From Dehalococcoides mccartyi (GTDB lineage: Bacteria; Chloroflexota; Dehalococcoidia; UBA2979), in contig CAMBFG010000003.1 of assembly GCA_945865925.1 (NCBI GenBank), positions 9,522-73,521 on the forward strand: a stretch of 64,000 nucleotides of DNA, written 5' to 3'. Within the stretch, counting starts at the first letter, position 1. Every line of letters starts with the position of its first letter. Positions 61,928 through 64,000 of this stretch are shown piece after piece. The notes beneath the pieces are model-generated. The model saw nothing but the letters and a program-made list of their open reading frames with translations, was not told the origin of the DNA and ran no database searches. Made by a program: the position numbers and the translations under genes.

Positions 61928-63079
61928 GTGCCTGACTTCGATGTGACCACGCTTGAGCCGCCGCGCGAGATCGTGCCGGGGCTCTGGCGACTGCGGACGC
62001 CGATGACCTCGGACGCGCTGCCGTGGATCATGCCCTACGCCTTCGCCGGCAAGCACGGCGTCACGCTGTTCGACTCCGGCTACGGGACACCCGACGCCGA
62101 AGCCGCACTCACGGCGCAACTGAAGGCGATCGGCTACGCGCCCTCCGATGTGCAGCGGCTGATCGTCTCGCACGCACACCCCGACCACCTCGGGCTCGCA
62201 CACTGGCTGAAGCAGCAGTCGCCCGGCTGCGAGGTCGCGATGCTCGGCCGCGAGGTCGAGTGGTTCAAGGACAGCCATCGCGGCGACGAAGACTGGATGG
62301 CGCGTCATCGCGCCTGGATGCAGCGCCACGGCGTGACTGCGGAAGAACTCGAGCGCGGGCGCTCGGAAGAGCGCGGCGGGCCGCCGTGGGAGAGCAAGCA
62401 GCGCGAAGAGGCGCGTACCGCCCGCGCGGCGGAGAAGGCCGCCGCTGTCGCGGAGGGTGCGCACCCGGACGCGGCGACCGAGACCGAACGTCGCTCCTGG
62501 CACATGCAGATCGAGGCCGACCGGCTCCTCGTCGATGGCGAAGCGATCGAGTTCGACGGGTGGCGTGTGCTGTCGGTGTGGACGCCGGGCCATACACCCG
62601 GGCATCTTTGCGCCTACCTCCCGGAGCACCGCCTGACGTTCACGGGCGATCACGTGCTCTCACGCATCACTCCGAACGTCTCGCTCTCCGAGGAGGACGA
62701 GGCGGCAGGCCGAAATCCGCTGCGCGAGTTCCTCGCCTCACTGAAGAAGGTCTCTGACCTCGACACCGGGCTCGCGCTGCCGGCGCACGAGGAGCTGATC
62801 GAGGACCTCCCGGAGCGCTGCCGCGTCATCGCGGATCACCACGAGCACCGCCTGCACGAAGCTCTGGACGCCATCGACAGCGTCGAGGGTGGACGGCCGT
62901 CAGCGGCGCAGATCGCGGAACGCGTGACGTGGAACCGTCCGTACGCGACGTTCAGCATGATGAAGCGACGTAGCGCGATCGGCGAGACGCTCGCGCACCT
63001 CGACCTCCTCCGAGAGGACGGGCGCCTGCTGATGCATGAGGCCGAGGACGGCACCGTGCGCTGGGAGCGCACGCGCTAG
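61928..63079 (+). CDS. MBL-fold protein with a C-terminal winged helix
   Basis: SHAHPDH, TPGHTPGH, GDHVLSRITPN, LPAH, GETLAHL. Confidence 0.85.
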   Translation: MPDFDVTTLEPPREIVPGLWRLRTPMTSDALPWIMPYAFAGKHGVTLFDSGYGTPDAEAALTAQLKAIGYAPSDVQRLIVSHAHPDHLGLAHWLKQQSPGCEVAMLGREVEWFKDSHRGDEDWMARHRAWMQRHGVTAEELERGRSEERGGPPWESKQREEARTARAAEKAAAVAEGAHPDAATETERRSWHMQIEADRLLVDGEAIEFDGWRVLSVWTPGHTPGHLCAYLPEHRLTFTGDHVLSRITPNVSLSEEDEAAGRNPLREFLASLKKVSDLDTGLALPAHEELIEDLPERCRVIADHHEHRLHEALDAIDSVEGGRPSAAQIAERVTWNRPYATFSMMKRRSAIGETLAHLDLLREDGRLLMHEAEDGTVRWERTR

Positions 63080-63086
63080 AGCCGGC

Positions 63087-63566
63087 TCACCCGTTCGCGG
63101 CGACCGCAGCCTTCAGCCATCGAGTGATCGCCACGGGATCGATGTCGGCGACAGCGCGGACTTTGAGCGCGCGGTTGCCTTTGCCCTCGCCTTCGAGTCG
63201 GCCCGTGGGGTCGATCAGCACTTCGGGCGGCGCGAAGAAGTTGATCGAGACGTGTTCCTTGAACGCGGCCATCGAGGTGATGTTCTTGCCGTTGACGAGG
63301 TAGAACGGCGCGCCCCACTTCAGTGCGGGCTGCGCGTCCGGGAGCGCTTTCAACACAATCGCGCGCAGGCGGTCGAGGAGCGCTCGATCACTCGGCTTCT
63401 GCGCGGCGAAGTAGGCGTCGACCGCGGCGCTCGATGCTGCGGTCGGAGCGACGGACTTCGCGGCGGGCTTCTTCGCCACCGGCTTCTTGGCAGCGGGCTT
63501 GGTGGCAGGCGCCTTCGTAGCCGGCTTCTTCGCGACCGGCTTGGCGACAGACTTCGACGGAACCAT
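63087..63566 (-). CDS. DUF1801/YdhG-like protein with a short PAAKK N-tail
   Basis: VDAYF...LRAIV..ALP...LKWGAPFY, LEGEGK..R. Confidence 0.8.
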   Translation of the reverse strand: MVPSKSVAKPVAKKPATKAPATKPAAKKPVAKKPAAKSVAPTAASSAAVDAYFAAQKPSDRALLDRLRAIVLKALPDAQPALKWGAPFYLVNGKNITSMAAFKEHVSINFFAPPEVLIDPTGRLEGEGKGNRALKVRAVADIDPVAITRWLKAAVAANG

Positions 63567-63589
63567 TCGAGCGATCCCTTCGGGTACGG

Positions 63590-64000
63590 CTACGCGCCGT
63601 GGAGGATGGCGTCGAGGCGGTCGGGGGAGGCCGAGGGGCCCACGACGGCGAGTGAGAACTTCGCGTTCGAGAACACCCGGGACGCGACACGCTGGACATC
63701 GGCGGCGGTGATGCCGCGCAGGCGCTCGACGGTGACGTCGGGGGGCTCGATGGCACCGTCCTGGAGCAGTTGGCCGCCGAAGCGCTGCGCGAACGACATC
63801 GGCGTTTCGAGGCCGAGGCGGAATGAGCCGGCGGCGTAGTCCTTCGTGCGCGTCAGTTCTTCGGGACTCATCGGTTCCGAGGCGATGCGCTGGAGCTCGC
63901 CGATGATCACCTGGAGCGCTTCCTCCTGATGCTCACGCGTCACGCCTGCACTCACGGACACAGAGCCGATGTCGCGGTAGCGCGACGAGCCGGAGCCGAC
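63590..64000 (-). CDS. M16 peptidase family, C-terminal part (gene extends beyond the window)
   Basis: EEL.RTK....GSF.LGLE, ITAADVQRVA, LAVVGP; paralog of 57928-59220. Confidence 0.8.
   Translation of the reverse strand, partial: VGSGSSRYRDIGSVSVSAGVTREHQEEALQVIIGELQRIASEPMSPEELTRTKDYAAGSFRLGLETPMSFAQRFGGQLLQDGAIEPPDVTVERLRGITAADVQRVASRVFSNAKFSLAVVGPSASPDRLDAILHGA

Noticed and set aside
57928-64000. Inverted pair of M16 peptidase genes as the boundary of a mobile or invertible segment
   Set aside because: The paralogs are highly diverged at the visible C-termini and no recombinase is present.

Overview
High-GC bacterial chromosome segment, most likely close to the replication origin. Gene content and order (rpmH-rnpA-yidD-PQQ-propeller-yidC-jag-parA-parB, holB-ricT, many acyl-CoA dehydrogenase, MaoC and DinB genes) suggest Chloroflexota, probably Dehalococcoidia-like; this is inference. 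Mostly housekeeping: clpC, htpX, lysA, secA, prs, tsaD, moaAC, tRNA-Thr(CGT), two glutamine synthetases with a GlnR-like regulator, a mutY-like gene, M16 peptidases, chrA and a vapBC pair. No CRISPR array, integrase or transposase was seen. Main observations: (1) an unannotated ~75-aa 'GAPxFVN' module shared by three unlinked secreted proteins, at the N-terminus of two and the C-terminus of one, which is a candidate surface-anchoring or sorting domain; (2) a six-Cys-module ABBA surface protein split by a 1-nt frameshift; (3) a perfect parS with three DnaA-box-like sites inside the yidD-yidC operon; (4) an actinobacterial-style GlnR regulon with GAAAC-n6-GAAAC boxes and a stand-alone winged-helix gene; (5) histone-H1-like PAAKK tails on a LACTB2-like metallo-beta-lactamase-fold protein and a DUF1801-like protein; (6) a MutY-like glycosylase lacking the catalytic Glu; (7) an identical [13 protein letters not shown] motif in RicT and Jag; (8) a structured leader that can sequester the RBS of a MerR gene; (9) repeated leaderless-promoter geometry.
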